The position numbers and the translations under genes were made by a program. A stretch of DNA of 64,000 nucleotides, from the sequence record MN988561.1, one strand, 5' to 3'. The notes under the pieces are model-generated. The model saw nothing but the letters and a program-made list of their open reading frames with translations. It did no database searches and was not told where the DNA came from. Below are positions 28,163 to 38,061 of the stretch, one piece after another (position 1 is the stretch's first letter; each line of letters starts with the position of its first letter).

Positions 28163-28966
28163 ATGTACTGGATTCTGCAGGACTTCGAGGACAATCATAA
28201 ACTCGGAGACGTTCTCGAGAGAATGGGTAAGGAGTATTCCTACCACAAGGTCGTACCATTCGTAGGTGAGCTCATGCCTAAGCCTACGGACATTGTTGAA
28301 CTCGACCGTGTGGTCATGTTTGGGTCATATAGTCTGAGACATTACGCTAAGAAGCATGGATATACTCCAGGAGTATTTAAACTCAATCCGTACTTCGATG
28401 AATCAAGATGGTGGCCATATCTTCTGAATGGTCCTCACAATATGAAGACTGCTGAGCTCAGAGATTTGTTGTATGAACTTCAGATCAATCCTCAGGAAGC
28501 ATACTTCATACGTCCTGTCGAGGATAGTAAGGAGATTGCAGGTCGAGTAATGGATCGTCAAGAGATCATCGACATGGTTGAAGGAGTACTAGCTCTCGAA
28601 CCTAATGAGTTGATCGGAGGGTCTCTCGCTCCTCAGACAAGAATGATGTTCGGTGAACCTCAGAAGATCACTCGTGAGTGGAGACTCTGGGTAGTTAACG
28701 ATAAGATCATTACTGCAAGTCTCTACAAGGAAGGATCTCGTGTAGTCTATCGAGAAGAACTGGATCCGTATGCTGAGGAGTTCGCTAAGTTCGTTATCTC
28801 TCTGAATCCTAAGTACTCTCCTGCATATGTTCTTGACATTTGTCGTACGAGAGATAGCTACAAGATCATTGAGACGAACTGCATTAATGCTGCAGGGTTC
28901 TATGCTGCTGATCTTCAGAAGCTAGTGATGGCTATCGAAGAACTCAACCACTGGGATATCGTATGA
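28163..28966 (+). CDS. ATP-grasp domain protein (DUF4343/R2K-like)
   Basis: YFIRPVEDSKEIAG, EWRLWVVNDKIITASLY, YVLDIC, IIETNCINAAGFY. Confidence 0.85.
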   Translation: MYWILQDFEDNHKLGDVLERMGKEYSYHKVVPFVGELMPKPTDIVELDRVVMFGSYSLRHYAKKHGYTPGVFKLNPYFDESRWWPYLLNGPHNMKTAELRDLLYELQINPQEAYFIRPVEDSKEIAGRVMDRQEIIDMVEGVLALEPNELIGGSLAPQTRMMFGEPQKITREWRLWVVNDKIITASLYKEGSRVVYREELDPYAEEFAKFVISLNPKYSPAYVLDICRTRDSYKIIETNCINAAGFYAADLQKLVMAIEELNHWDIV

Positions 28967-29286
28967 ATCGTCGATCATTTATGTTAGGTCTCTTAGGTAC
29001 GACTGTCTCAGCATCTCTACCTAAGATTCCATCTGCACCTATATCAGGTGATGTCGGTATGTTCTATTGTCCATACATTCCAGATTTGACAGGAGTGTAC
29101 TTATCTGATGTACCACCTGTAACGTACATTACTAGCTTATCTCAATTCGTCAGTCTGTATGGACGTCCGACTAGTAATGCCACATATGTCTTAGATCTTG
29201 AGACTAACAAATTAGAACTAGAAAATTATATGGAAGAAAGAGGATATGAGAAAGTCATTGCAGAATCGAGTCATGGAAGGACTTAA
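28963..29286 (+). CDS. Tat-signal protein carrying gp23-like and gp18-like fragments
   Basis: MNRRSFMLGLLG; DVGMFYCPYIP; YITSLSQFVSLYGRPT. Confidence 0.55.
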   Translation: MNRRSFMLGLLGTTVSASLPKIPSAPISGDVGMFYCPYIPDLTGVYLSDVPPVTYITSLSQFVSLYGRPTSNATYVLDLETNKLELENYMEERGYEKVIAESSHGRT

Positions 29287-29523
29287 TAATCTCCGTCGAA
29301 ACATCGCTAGCTACCCGTTCATCTGCTATACGAAAGGATTGACATATCCTCCTCGATCTGTAGAGGTAGATTTCTCTCCATGTAAACGATTTGAATTGAG
29401 TAATCGTGTCGTATGGATGTTCAAAACTCCTGATGAGATGCGTCAATTCAAGAGAACATACGTGACTATCGACAATAGTATGGGGAATTATTCTCCTGAA
29501 TCAGCGTATTATCCGAATGAGGA

Positions 29524-29564
29524 TAGGTGCAGTTAAGGTGTATAAAGGATTCTTCTTCAGGAAG
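29524..29564 (+). promoter_or_regulatory. Bipartite motif copy 8
   Basis: TAGGTGCAGTT-13nt-GATTCTTCTTCAGGAAG. Confidence 0.78.
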
Positions 29565-30930
29565 CGTCGTGGGGATGCCTTCCTAACCATCAAGCATTAA
29601 AGGACATAAGATGCTTAAACTCATTGAAGCTCAGAATTCCACTAACTTCGTCAACGAGATCATCGCTGGTATCTTCCAGTCGAATGTGGTGGAATCTGAT
29701 CTGCAAGAAGAACTGAGTGCGCTGAGTGATGAGTTCGCGACTTCGTTCTTCTGCATGGCAGTTGAGGGACTGTCTTTCTGGACGTACGTAGGAACTCGTA
29801 AGTCCTGGGAGATCTGCGGTCATACGATCTTGACCAAGGAGATTCTTGGGATTCTGAATTCCTAAGTTCGATCGTTAATGCTCCCTATCAATCCTGGTAG
29901 GGAGTTGTCCCTCTAACTTACTAAGGTAAGATGATGCAATTAGATGTTGCTCTATTTGAATCCCACCGTATCGCTGTCATAACGAAGGCGATCATCGATT
30001 GTGGTCGAGTTAATGGAGCATTGATGTTCCAATTGATCGACTCTGAGGAAGAGTTTCTCATTGTCGATCCGCAGTTGATCATTACCGTAGGTCCTCATCG
30101 TCTCTCTGGAGTTGATGAAATGACCTGCGTACGTAACTACGACGCTCTGAAAGTCAACCTGAATACTCTCCGAGTCGTCAGAGTCCACTAATCCTGTAAT
30201 CCTCCAAATCCGTTTAACTCATAGGAGAATTAAAATGTCGAAATGGAATTCACTCTCTGGTCTCATCCAGACTCATGGTCTCAAGAATCTCCGATTCTTC
30301 TTCGAGACAACGATGCCTACGAAGAAGTTCTTCGGACTGGTCACGATCTCTGAGCCATTCAGTCAGAGGTACGTCGTCGAAGGTCGAGCTATTCGTTCGA
30401 TCAAAGATGGGAAGATCTTCCTCCGTACTCTCGACAAGAAGTACGCATCTCTGAACTTCCATGTCTCGGATCTGGAGATGCTCAGTTCATCATTCCCTGA
30501 TCGTTACTACGTGATGGTCGGGAATGTCAAGTACAATCTCGGAGAGGATCTCACTCTTCCAGTTCTTGAGGAGGCATGAAATGTCTGCAGTAGTCGCTCG
30601 TCTCAAGTCGATCGATATCGACAATACGGACAATCTCTTCTCAGGAGCATTCAAGCTTCTGATCGCAGGAGTAGGATTCCGTACTGAAGATAACAAGTTC
30701 TATGAAGTCTTCTCGCACTATGGAGATTACTGCGGGAAGATACCGACCTACATGGTCAACTCTCTTCAAGCTCATCTGAAGAGACAGTACCAATTACTGT
30801 CTGAGAAGATTCCGTACAATCCTTCTCATGAACGTGATAACCTGACGTACGGATGGATGAATCTTGTTCCATTCGATAAGGTCGAAGATATGATGGAATT
30901 TTATGCTGACAAGCCACTGGAGATCGCATA

Positions 30931-31533
30931 ATGTCTGCTTCATTCACAGGTCTGGACTTCCTCATCAATGGTCTCAAGGATCAGATCCTTGGTCGTCAGC
31001 CTACTCGTCGTACGGACAATCCGTGCTTCATCGTATGCTTCGATACTCGTACGTCGGATCATGGATACGATCCTAACGATGGTAACAAGCAATTGTACGA
31101 TGAGATCAGCGATGCTCGATCCTTCTACTTCGTCTTCTGCAACAATACGACTGTATGGTCGCTCGTACGTAAGGATGAGATCTTTCCTGATCCTAAGGAT
31201 CTCGAATACATCCGAGATAATGCTACGATGAATGTTCTTCTTCCTGCATTCAAACATGAGAGCGATCATGATTCATGCTGGAGAAGTATTACGAGTGATG
31301 TTCTCTTCAAACATCACTGCGAGATTTATGAGAAGCTCTCAGTTCATCGCTTAGCTGCTGGAGAGAAGATCGTTCCTAACGATTATACTCCTTTCATCAC
31401 TAACTTCAAGATCGCTACTGGTACTCTTGACTATGAGTACCATGGCTATGATAAACCTGTCAATGGTAATACGTCGACTCTCCTGAAGGTGACTGTCGAT
31501 GATGTTATCACCAATAGGAAAATCGAACGATGA
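30931..31533 (+). CDS. Hypothetical protein
   Basis: TAATG-coupled ORF, 200 aa. Confidence 0.65.
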   Translation: MSASFTGLDFLINGLKDQILGRQPTRRTDNPCFIVCFDTRTSDHGYDPNDGNKQLYDEISDARSFYFVFCNNTTVWSLVRKDEIFPDPKDLEYIRDNATMNVLLPAFKHESDHDSCWRSITSDVLFKHHCEIYEKLSVHRLAAGEKIVPNDYTPFITNFKIATGTLDYEYHGYDKPVNGNTSTLLKVTVDDVITNRKIER

Positions 31534-31742
31534 GAGTCCATCGAGCTACATCTATCACTCGACGTTGTTCTGCGTATTCTGTTGAGTACTACATCGACGT
31601 ATCTGTGAGTGGATTTGAAGCTCGAGGTAGTCTATTCTACAAGGGTAGTTTGATCAGGTCATTCCAGGCAATCAAGATCAAGAATAATAAGTTCTCAGTT
31701 ACGATTGGTATGAATGGTCACAAGGCTACATTTGTAGTCACG

Positions 31743-31784
31743 TAGGTTCAGTTAGCTTCTTGGAAGGATTCTTCCTTGAAGAAG
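31743..31784 (+). promoter_or_regulatory. Bipartite motif copy 9
   Basis: TAGGTTCAGTT-13nt-GATTCTTCCTTGAAGAAG; here spacer and tail form a hairpin with a GATT loop. Confidence 0.8.
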
Positions 31785-32058
31785 CCAAGGAGAATTGTCG
31801 TGGAAATCGCAGATTTAAAGTTCGTTGACAAGGAAGTCAACAACTGGATGTACGAGTGGGGACGTAATTGTGCCACCATGTTGTACTCCAAGGAGACTAC
31901 TCAGAAAGTCCTCGAAGGATGGCAGACTGAGACTCATCAGTTCAGTGCTGACGATGTCGATCAGTACTGGGTAGGATTCAATGAGGGTCCTCGTGAGACG
32001 CAGGAGATCTTGGTGATCCCTCCTCATGTGACTCCAGGTATCAATAAGGAGATTTGAA

Positions 32059-32235
32059 ATGCGCAAGTATCGTAAAGTCTGTGAGAAGTGCAATGGTGAT
32101 GGATACGTCTCCAAGACTGATTGGGGATATACTATAGCCACCATCGGTATGGCATTCCTGTTCGGAGCTCATCAAGATCATGAGCGATGCAAGGTATGCA
32201 CAGGTAACGGATACATCGTCGTGGAGGAGTGCTGA
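32059..32235 (+). CDS. Small DnaJ-type zinc-finger protein (58 aa, not in ORF track)
   Basis: CEKCNGDG and CKVCTGNG flank hydrophobic YTIATIGMAFLFGA; AAGGAG SD. Confidence 0.7.
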   Translation: MRKYRKVCEKCNGDGYVSKTDWGYTIATIGMAFLFGAHQDHERCKVCTGNGYIVVEEC

Positions 32236-32237
32236 TC

Positions 32238-32876
32238 ATGCGTTATGAAGTTGGTCAAAAGTATCCATTCATCGACGTCAAGTTTCATGCACGTGATGGA
32301 GTCATTAATCCGTTCATGAATCTCTTTCATCCTCAGTACCATGAACTCGACTCGATCGAAGTCAAGATGCTTGAAGTCACTGAGCATCACAAGGTACCTA
32401 TCGAGTACTCGAATGCGACTGCTGATGGATTTATCCTGAAGGAAGTCAAGGGATCTGAGATCGATCGTATCTGGTACAATCAGTATCCTACTGCTCATTA
32501 CGGTCAGATCAGTACTGATAACGACTGGAGAGTCAATCGTCATCTTACGGATGATGAAGGTAATCGTGTCGATAAGATGTCGAATGAAGAGATTGACTAT
32601 CTTGTCGAGCGATGGGACTATGCTCTATCCTTCGTAGGATCGATCTTCCGTGCACTCAATGGTCCTGCTAATCAGAGGTTGACTCTGACATCTGAGGTTC
32701 GATCGGCATTCGTCACGTATCTCGATCAGGTCGTCGAAAAGATCGAGGATGCAACTGAGATGAAGGTCATCTTCGAAGAACTCACGATGAAGAAGATTGA
32801 TGGTACCTTCACTGAGCCAGTTCCTCTCTATTGGGTTGCTCGTCTTGTTAAGGTCGAGGATAGGAAGGCAGCATAA
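32238..32876 (+). CDS. Hypothetical protein
   Basis: GGAGGAG SD then ATG 32238. Confidence 0.7.
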   Translation: MRYEVGQKYPFIDVKFHARDGVINPFMNLFHPQYHELDSIEVKMLEVTEHHKVPIEYSNATADGFILKEVKGSEIDRIWYNQYPTAHYGQISTDNDWRVNRHLTDDEGNRVDKMSNEEIDYLVERWDYALSFVGSIFRALNGPANQRLTLTSEVRSAFVTYLDQVVEKIEDATEMKVIFEELTMKKIDGTFTEPVPLYWVARLVKVEDRKAA

Positions 32877-34057
32877 TGTCTGAGAAACATCTCGATCTCG
32901 AGCGTATCCAGATGATCTGTAATGCGATCATCATGTCTCGAGGTCTACCTGATGGACGCGTACAATTCACTCACGTGGATGGATACGTTGTAGTCCTGAA
33001 GGATCCTGAGCTCCATGTGAGTCACGCACTCAATCGAATCTCTGGGAAGGGTCCTTTCAAGACGACTAAGTCGTACGACATTTGGGAGATCAAGCGGGAT
33101 ACTATTCAAATCCTTAGTGCAGGACAAGTCGTATGAGTTTCGAACAGGCTATGAAGAGACCTAAGAACTACTTCAAACTCGGAAGTGGTGAGCAATGGTT
33201 TATCGATAAGGAACTTGGCATCCTTGACTGGGATGGCAGGATGACTAAGGAACAAGAAGATCAGATGTATGAACATTTCAATCTGAAAAGGAGACGTCGT
33301 GAAGATCTTATCCTACAAGGATAGCATGTATCCTGAAGACAATCGCATCCTTGGTATCTTCGACGACGATACTGATGAAAGTATCCTCAACGAGATGGTC
33401 AAGGATGAAATCCTCTCGAGCATCATGGCAATAGGTCGTCGTGAAGGATTTCATAAGCAGAACGAGATGTACTACCATATCGAGTACGATGTCCCGTATC
33501 TCGGTAATAAATTGAAGGAGGATGAAGATGACGAAGCGTCAGTGGCGTAGGTATCGAGGTAAGATCATTGCTAACGGTAATGGTCTCGAGAATCTCCGTA
33601 ATGTGAGATTCTCCTCGATGGTCATGACTGACCTCACCAATGTGTTCCACTTCAAGACTGAGTCTAAGTGGCACCTCGATTTCTGGTATCAATAACAGGA
33701 GAGTAAAATGGCTATTTATCAAGTACGTAAGAGTGGTGGTGGATGGGAAACTGTCACTAAGAAGCAGTGGATCGAAGAAGAACGTGCATGTGGATTTCGT
33801 CCGAAAGATATCTCTGGTAGCGATCCTGACTACTGGACGACATGTGCTACTGCAGGATTCTCGTGCACTCGTGGAGGATCCTCGGTAGAAGGTCAGATCC
33901 TCGAAGAGGATGATTGATCTAGAAGCTTATGTCAACGATGAATGGGTTGTCTTAAGATTTAGGATCGTCTATACGAGAGTTGATCAATTCGGTAAGAAAT
34001 GGTTAGTCTGTTACAATAAAGAATGGGACAGACTCGTTATGGTCAAGGAGAGATTAA

Positions 34058-34492
34058 ATGGAATTGTCAAGACGTAATCTGATTGTCGGATCTGCTGCAG
34101 TACTTGCTATGAGTGCAGTACCTGTAGTAGCAACTGAGATCGTAGAGAGAAAGATCAGTCCTGATCTTATTGTACCTGATGTCATGAAACTATCGATCAG
34201 TCGTGACGAGTACAGGTTCGCTAACTATGAGATGAACACTTGGACCTATGTCTACGACTGGATGGAGAGATGGTTTCTTGACGAGAATGGTAAGATCACA
34301 TCTATCCAATCCGTCCATCGTATTCGAGATAAAGAAATCTACGATCGATGGGTTTATGAAACAGGTCGATGGAATATTCCTCCTCATATTGTATTCGGTG
34401 GAGCCATCGTAGCAGGTGAAGGTGACTTTCTTTTCTATCAGAAATGGGAAGATCATACCAAGATGCTTCTACGTACTGGACAACTATCTTAA
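34058..34492 (+). CDS. Tat-signal protein
   Basis: MELSRRNLIVGSAAVLAMSAVPVVA. Confidence 0.6.
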   Translation: MELSRRNLIVGSAAVLAMSAVPVVATEIVERKISPDLIVPDVMKLSISRDEYRFANYEMNTWTYVYDWMERWFLDENGKITSIQSVHRIRDKEIYDRWVYETGRWNIPPHIVFGGAIVAGEGDFLFYQKWEDHTKMLLRTGQLS

Positions 34493-34499
34493 ACCTGGA

Positions 34500-34538
34500 T
34501 AGGTTCACTTAAGGTGAAGGAAGGATTCTTTCTCAGGG
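34500..34538 (+). promoter_or_regulatory. Bipartite motif copy 10
   Basis: TAGGTTCACTT-13nt-GATTCTTTCTCAGGG. Confidence 0.78.
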
Positions 34539-34957
34539 AAGAAGGTTGTCCCTAACTTTAAGGAGAAATAAGATGCAAGTTGTAATTCGTGATGATGGCA
34601 AGGAGAAGGATCAGAGCTTCGAGGCAACTATCGAACTGTCCGATTCTGAGTATGGAAGTTCTGCTACTTTCACTGCGACTGGGTATGGGTCCAGTGAGAT
34701 CGAAGCTCGATCCAACCTCCTCGCTATCGTAATGAGAATGCATGCTCAGATTGGTCAACTGGAGATCGGCTAGTGGAATACGAAACTGAAGAGAAGGTCT
34801 TGGCTACGATGGCTAGGGCACTCGATGCTCATCGGAATAAAGGATTCGATGGCAAGGAACATCCTGAACTGATCCCTGAGATCAAGACGATGTTCAATAG
34901 TGTCTACCCATTCAAGGTCGAACATATCGCAGCTATCCTGAACGGAGGGAAGATCGT

Positions 34958-35437
34958 ATGAGTGATATGATGATTACTGTAGTCGAAGTCGAGGTTAATG
35001 AAGACTTCATCAAGCATCCTGCTACTCTCAGTACATCTGAGGTATACTTCCTGAAGGATGGTAAGATCGTCGGTGAAGGACGTATCGGTGGTCGTTATAT
35101 GGGGATAGTAAATGTCTATCCTACTAACGATCAAGCATTCGAGTTCTTCAAGGATGACTTCATTCTTCAGACTCTCGATATGCTAGAGACTGATGAACGT
35201 AAGAAGTGGATACACTTCAAGTTCCATCAGTACACTGGAGAGTATGCTGGTACATTCAGTGATGAACCTGAGAATCGAGGAGAAGGTCTGTCAGTCGTCG
35301 ACAAGTTCTACTTCGACTTCGGTATTCATTCGAAGAGGTACGAGCATATCGAAGGATTTGGTAAGACGAATACTGCTCGATCTCAGAATGTTACTCAGGA
35401 ATCTCTTCAGGCACTGGCAGATCGATTCAACAACTGA
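34958..35437 (+). CDS. Hypothetical protein
   Basis: ATGA-coupled ORF. Confidence 0.65.
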   Translation: MSDMMITVVEVEVNEDFIKHPATLSTSEVYFLKDGKIVGEGRIGGRYMGIVNVYPTNDQAFEFFKDDFILQTLDMLETDERKKWIHFKFHQYTGEYAGTFSDEPENRGEGLSVVDKFYFDFGIHSKRYEHIEGFGKTNTARSQNVTQESLQALADRFNN

Positions 35438-35510
35438 AGTCACTGTGTGATAGGAAGTCAGAGTCCTATCCTACGGTCACTTCCGACCGATTTCCTAGAA
35501 AGGGATATTA

Positions 35511-36215
35511 ATGCGTAAGTATAATATTGCACTGGCAGCTGCATACTCGCTCTCTGCCGTACTCTTTTCCTCAACTGCATCTGCTGCTACATGTGGTGGT
35601 CAGGCATGGTCATGGAAATCCTTCCTGAGTGGTGGATGCTCACCATCAGGTGTATCCAATCCTGGAGATAACAAGCCTCAGCCTGGAGTACGTGGATCGG
35701 TACGTACTGTCCCGAGTGGATTCGCTCCTTCGAATGGATCATCTCCGTCGACATCTCCATCGACTGGCGTCTCTGATCCTGGTACCGATAATCCTGGTGG
35801 CGATGATCATGGAAATGATAATCCCGGACATGACAATCCGGGTGGTGATCACAATGACGATGGTCACAACGATAATGGCGACAATGGCAACCATGACAAC
35901 GATGATAATGGGAACCATAACGGTGACGACAATGGTCACAATAATGATCATGGAGATCATGATGGTGACAATGACTCTGGCAACAATGGTCATGACAATG
36001 ATCATAACGGTCCATCTGGCGATCATAACAATGATGGCCATAACGACAATGGCCAGGATAATGGTCACGGTCAGGATCAGTCTGGTAACAACGATAATGG
36101 CGGCGATCAGCCTTCTAATAATGAAGGCTCGAACAATGATCACGACAACAACCATAATGACAATGGTCACGGTAATGACGATAATGGTGGCAAGGGACCA
36201 GGCAAAGGTAAGTAG
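35511..36215 (+). CDS. Secreted Gly/His/Asp/Asn-rich low-complexity protein
   Basis: Sec signal MRKYNIALAAAYSLSAVLFSSTASA; two Cys; about 140 aa of GHDN-type imperfect repeats. Confidence 0.8.
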   Translation: MRKYNIALAAAYSLSAVLFSSTASAATCGGQAWSWKSFLSGGCSPSGVSNPGDNKPQPGVRGSVRTVPSGFAPSNGSSPSTSPSTGVSDPGTDNPGGDDHGNDNPGHDNPGGDHNDDGHNDNGDNGNHDNDDNGNHNGDDNGHNNDHGDHDGDNDSGNNGHDNDHNGPSGDHNNDGHNDNGQDNGHGQDQSGNNDNGGDQPSNNEGSNNDHDNNHNDNGHGNDDNGGKGPGKGK

Positions 36216-36232
36216 TACCTGAGTCCGATGAT

Positions 36233-36271
36233 GTGGGAGGTATCAGAAATGGTATCTCCCACTTTTATTTT
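36233..36271 (+). terminator. Intrinsic terminator
   Basis: GTGGGAGGTATCA-GAAA-TGGTATCTCCCAC then TTTTATTTT. Confidence 0.88.
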
Positions 36272-36923
36272 GTCTGGAGGTCATATGAGAATAATAATGG
36301 TGGTAGTATACGTCCTCATATCACTAGGATTCTATACTACGCTTGGTACGATTGATCCGTCTAAGCAGACTGAGGCAGTTATCCGATCACTACTCTGGCC
36401 ATTGGAATTTGGTAGACAGATTGGTGAGAAATCGAAGGAGTATCGAAATGTGGATGGAAACGATTAAAGCTATCGGAATGTTTATCATACTACCGATAGT
36501 TCTACTCATGGTAGGTGCAGTGATAATTCAGAGTATACCTCAAGCTGATGCTGCATCAGGGTCTGTTCAGATTCTCACAGTACCTGGTCAGTCGAATATC
36601 GTCTGCATGACCAGAGGTGGTAATACTCTTTCATGCGTGAAGGTCTAATCAATGCAAGACGTTACTAAGACTAACATGTGGAAGATCAAGGCTATGAAGT
36701 TGCAAGCTGATATCCTGATGATGGACATGTTCAAACAATTGATCGAGACTCAGGATGAATTTGGTAATCCTATTCGAATCATCCAACCTCAGATTCTCAC
36801 GACCTACGAACATTTTACGATCATAGGTGTTGATGAGAAAGCACTATTAGAAGAAGGACGTGAAGAGCCTATCATGCTTTATCATGACTGGTACATGACG
36901 TATGAAGTTAAGGATAGAATTCT

Positions 36924-37199
36924 GTGAAAAATCTTATTTTAGTATCTCTCGTTCTACTTGCAGGATGTGAAGTTCATATCGGAAGATATCCTGAAGGTTC
37001 TAAGACCGAGACTAAAGCTAGTGTCGATCGTACAGTTGTACCATTTCCGTATGATACCAAGATCTATTACTTCAAAGATCCTCGTACATCAGTATGTTTC
37101 GCAGTTAGTGGGTATCAGGATAATCGGATGTTAACTACAGTAACTTGCAGTGATGATGTACTGAAAGCTATTGACGATGATGAAATAAGGGCACGATAA
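36924..37199 (+). CDS. Putative lipoprotein
   Basis: MKNLILVSLVLLAGC lipobox. Confidence 0.75.
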   Translation: MKNLILVSLVLLAGCEVHIGRYPEGSKTETKASVDRTVVPFPYDTKIYYFKDPRTSVCFAVSGYQDNRMLTTVTCSDDVLKAIDDDEIRAR

Positions 37200-37792
37200 T
37201 GAAATGGGTACTCGCTGATCCTCATCTTTTCCACAAGAAGATTGTAACACACTTTATGTTCAGACCTTATGCATCTGTCGAGGAGATGAATGAGGACATC
37301 ATCGATACCATTAATCAATATGTCAAAGAGAGTCATACTCTGTATCTCTTAGGTGATATCTCTTTTGAGTACGATCCAGATAAGAATCTCGAGATTCTCA
37401 AGAAGATTAATTGTAAGAATATTCACTTAGTTGTAGGTAACCATGATCACACAGAGATGCGTGAACTTCCGATCTGGAAGTCTGTCAATCATTATCTCGA
37501 AGTCAAGAACGATAAGAAATTCTTTGTACTGTGTCACTACCCATTCGAGAGTTGGAACAAGTCCTCTAAAGGATCCATTATGGTCCACGGACATTGCCAT
37601 GGATCTTCTAAGAAAGTCCCTAATCGATTCGACGTCGGTTGGGATGTCAGAGGTAGACCAGTCTCGCTCGATGAGTTGATCCTTGAATGGAATGACAATC
37701 CTGACTCTTGGGTTGATCATCATGCTCATGAATCTGATGGAACTGTGAAGAGTCTCTGGAAGAGAATCTCTAATCTAATAGGAATGAAATAA
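37199..37792 (+). CDS. Metallophosphoesterase (second family)
   Basis: ADPHL, LLGDI, VGNHDH, CHYP, VHGHCH, DVGWD. Confidence 0.92.
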   Translation: MKWVLADPHLFHKKIVTHFMFRPYASVEEMNEDIIDTINQYVKESHTLYLLGDISFEYDPDKNLEILKKINCKNIHLVVGNHDHTEMRELPIWKSVNHYLEVKNDKKFFVLCHYPFESWNKSSKGSIMVHGHCHGSSKKVPNRFDVGWDVRGRPVSLDELILEWNDNPDSWVDHHAHESDGTVKSLWKRISNLIGMK

Positions 37793-38061
37793 TGCGTAAT
37801 GTTCTTGTAGTAGCATCTCTTGCTGTAGTACTAGTATCCTGTGGTAAGTCTCCTGAGGACCTTCAGACGGACAAAATGAATATTGATCGTCAGCTACCAG
37901 AGGGATGTGAGTTTCACTTCTATGGTTGGTACGACAACATGAGAGTAGCTGCTATCGTCTGCGATAATTCTAAAGTGACCAATACTAATGTCAGATGGTC
38001 CGAAGGTAGTGGTAAGAATGAGACAATTCATAATGGTCTCGTAGCAAGGATTGAGAAATAA
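37792..38061 (+). CDS. Putative lipoprotein
   Basis: MRNVLVVASLAVVLVSC lipobox. Confidence 0.72.
   Translation: MRNVLVVASLAVVLVSCGKSPEDLQTDKMNIDRQLPEGCEFHFYGWYDNMRVAAIVCDNSKVTNTNVRWSEGSGKNETIHNGLVARIEK

Noticed and set aside
35587-36222. Overlapping His/Cys-rich, Met/Ile/Thr-rich and Val/Ile-rich ORFs
   Set aside because: These are alternative-frame shadows of the low-complexity GHDN repeat; only 35511..36215 has an SD and signal peptide.
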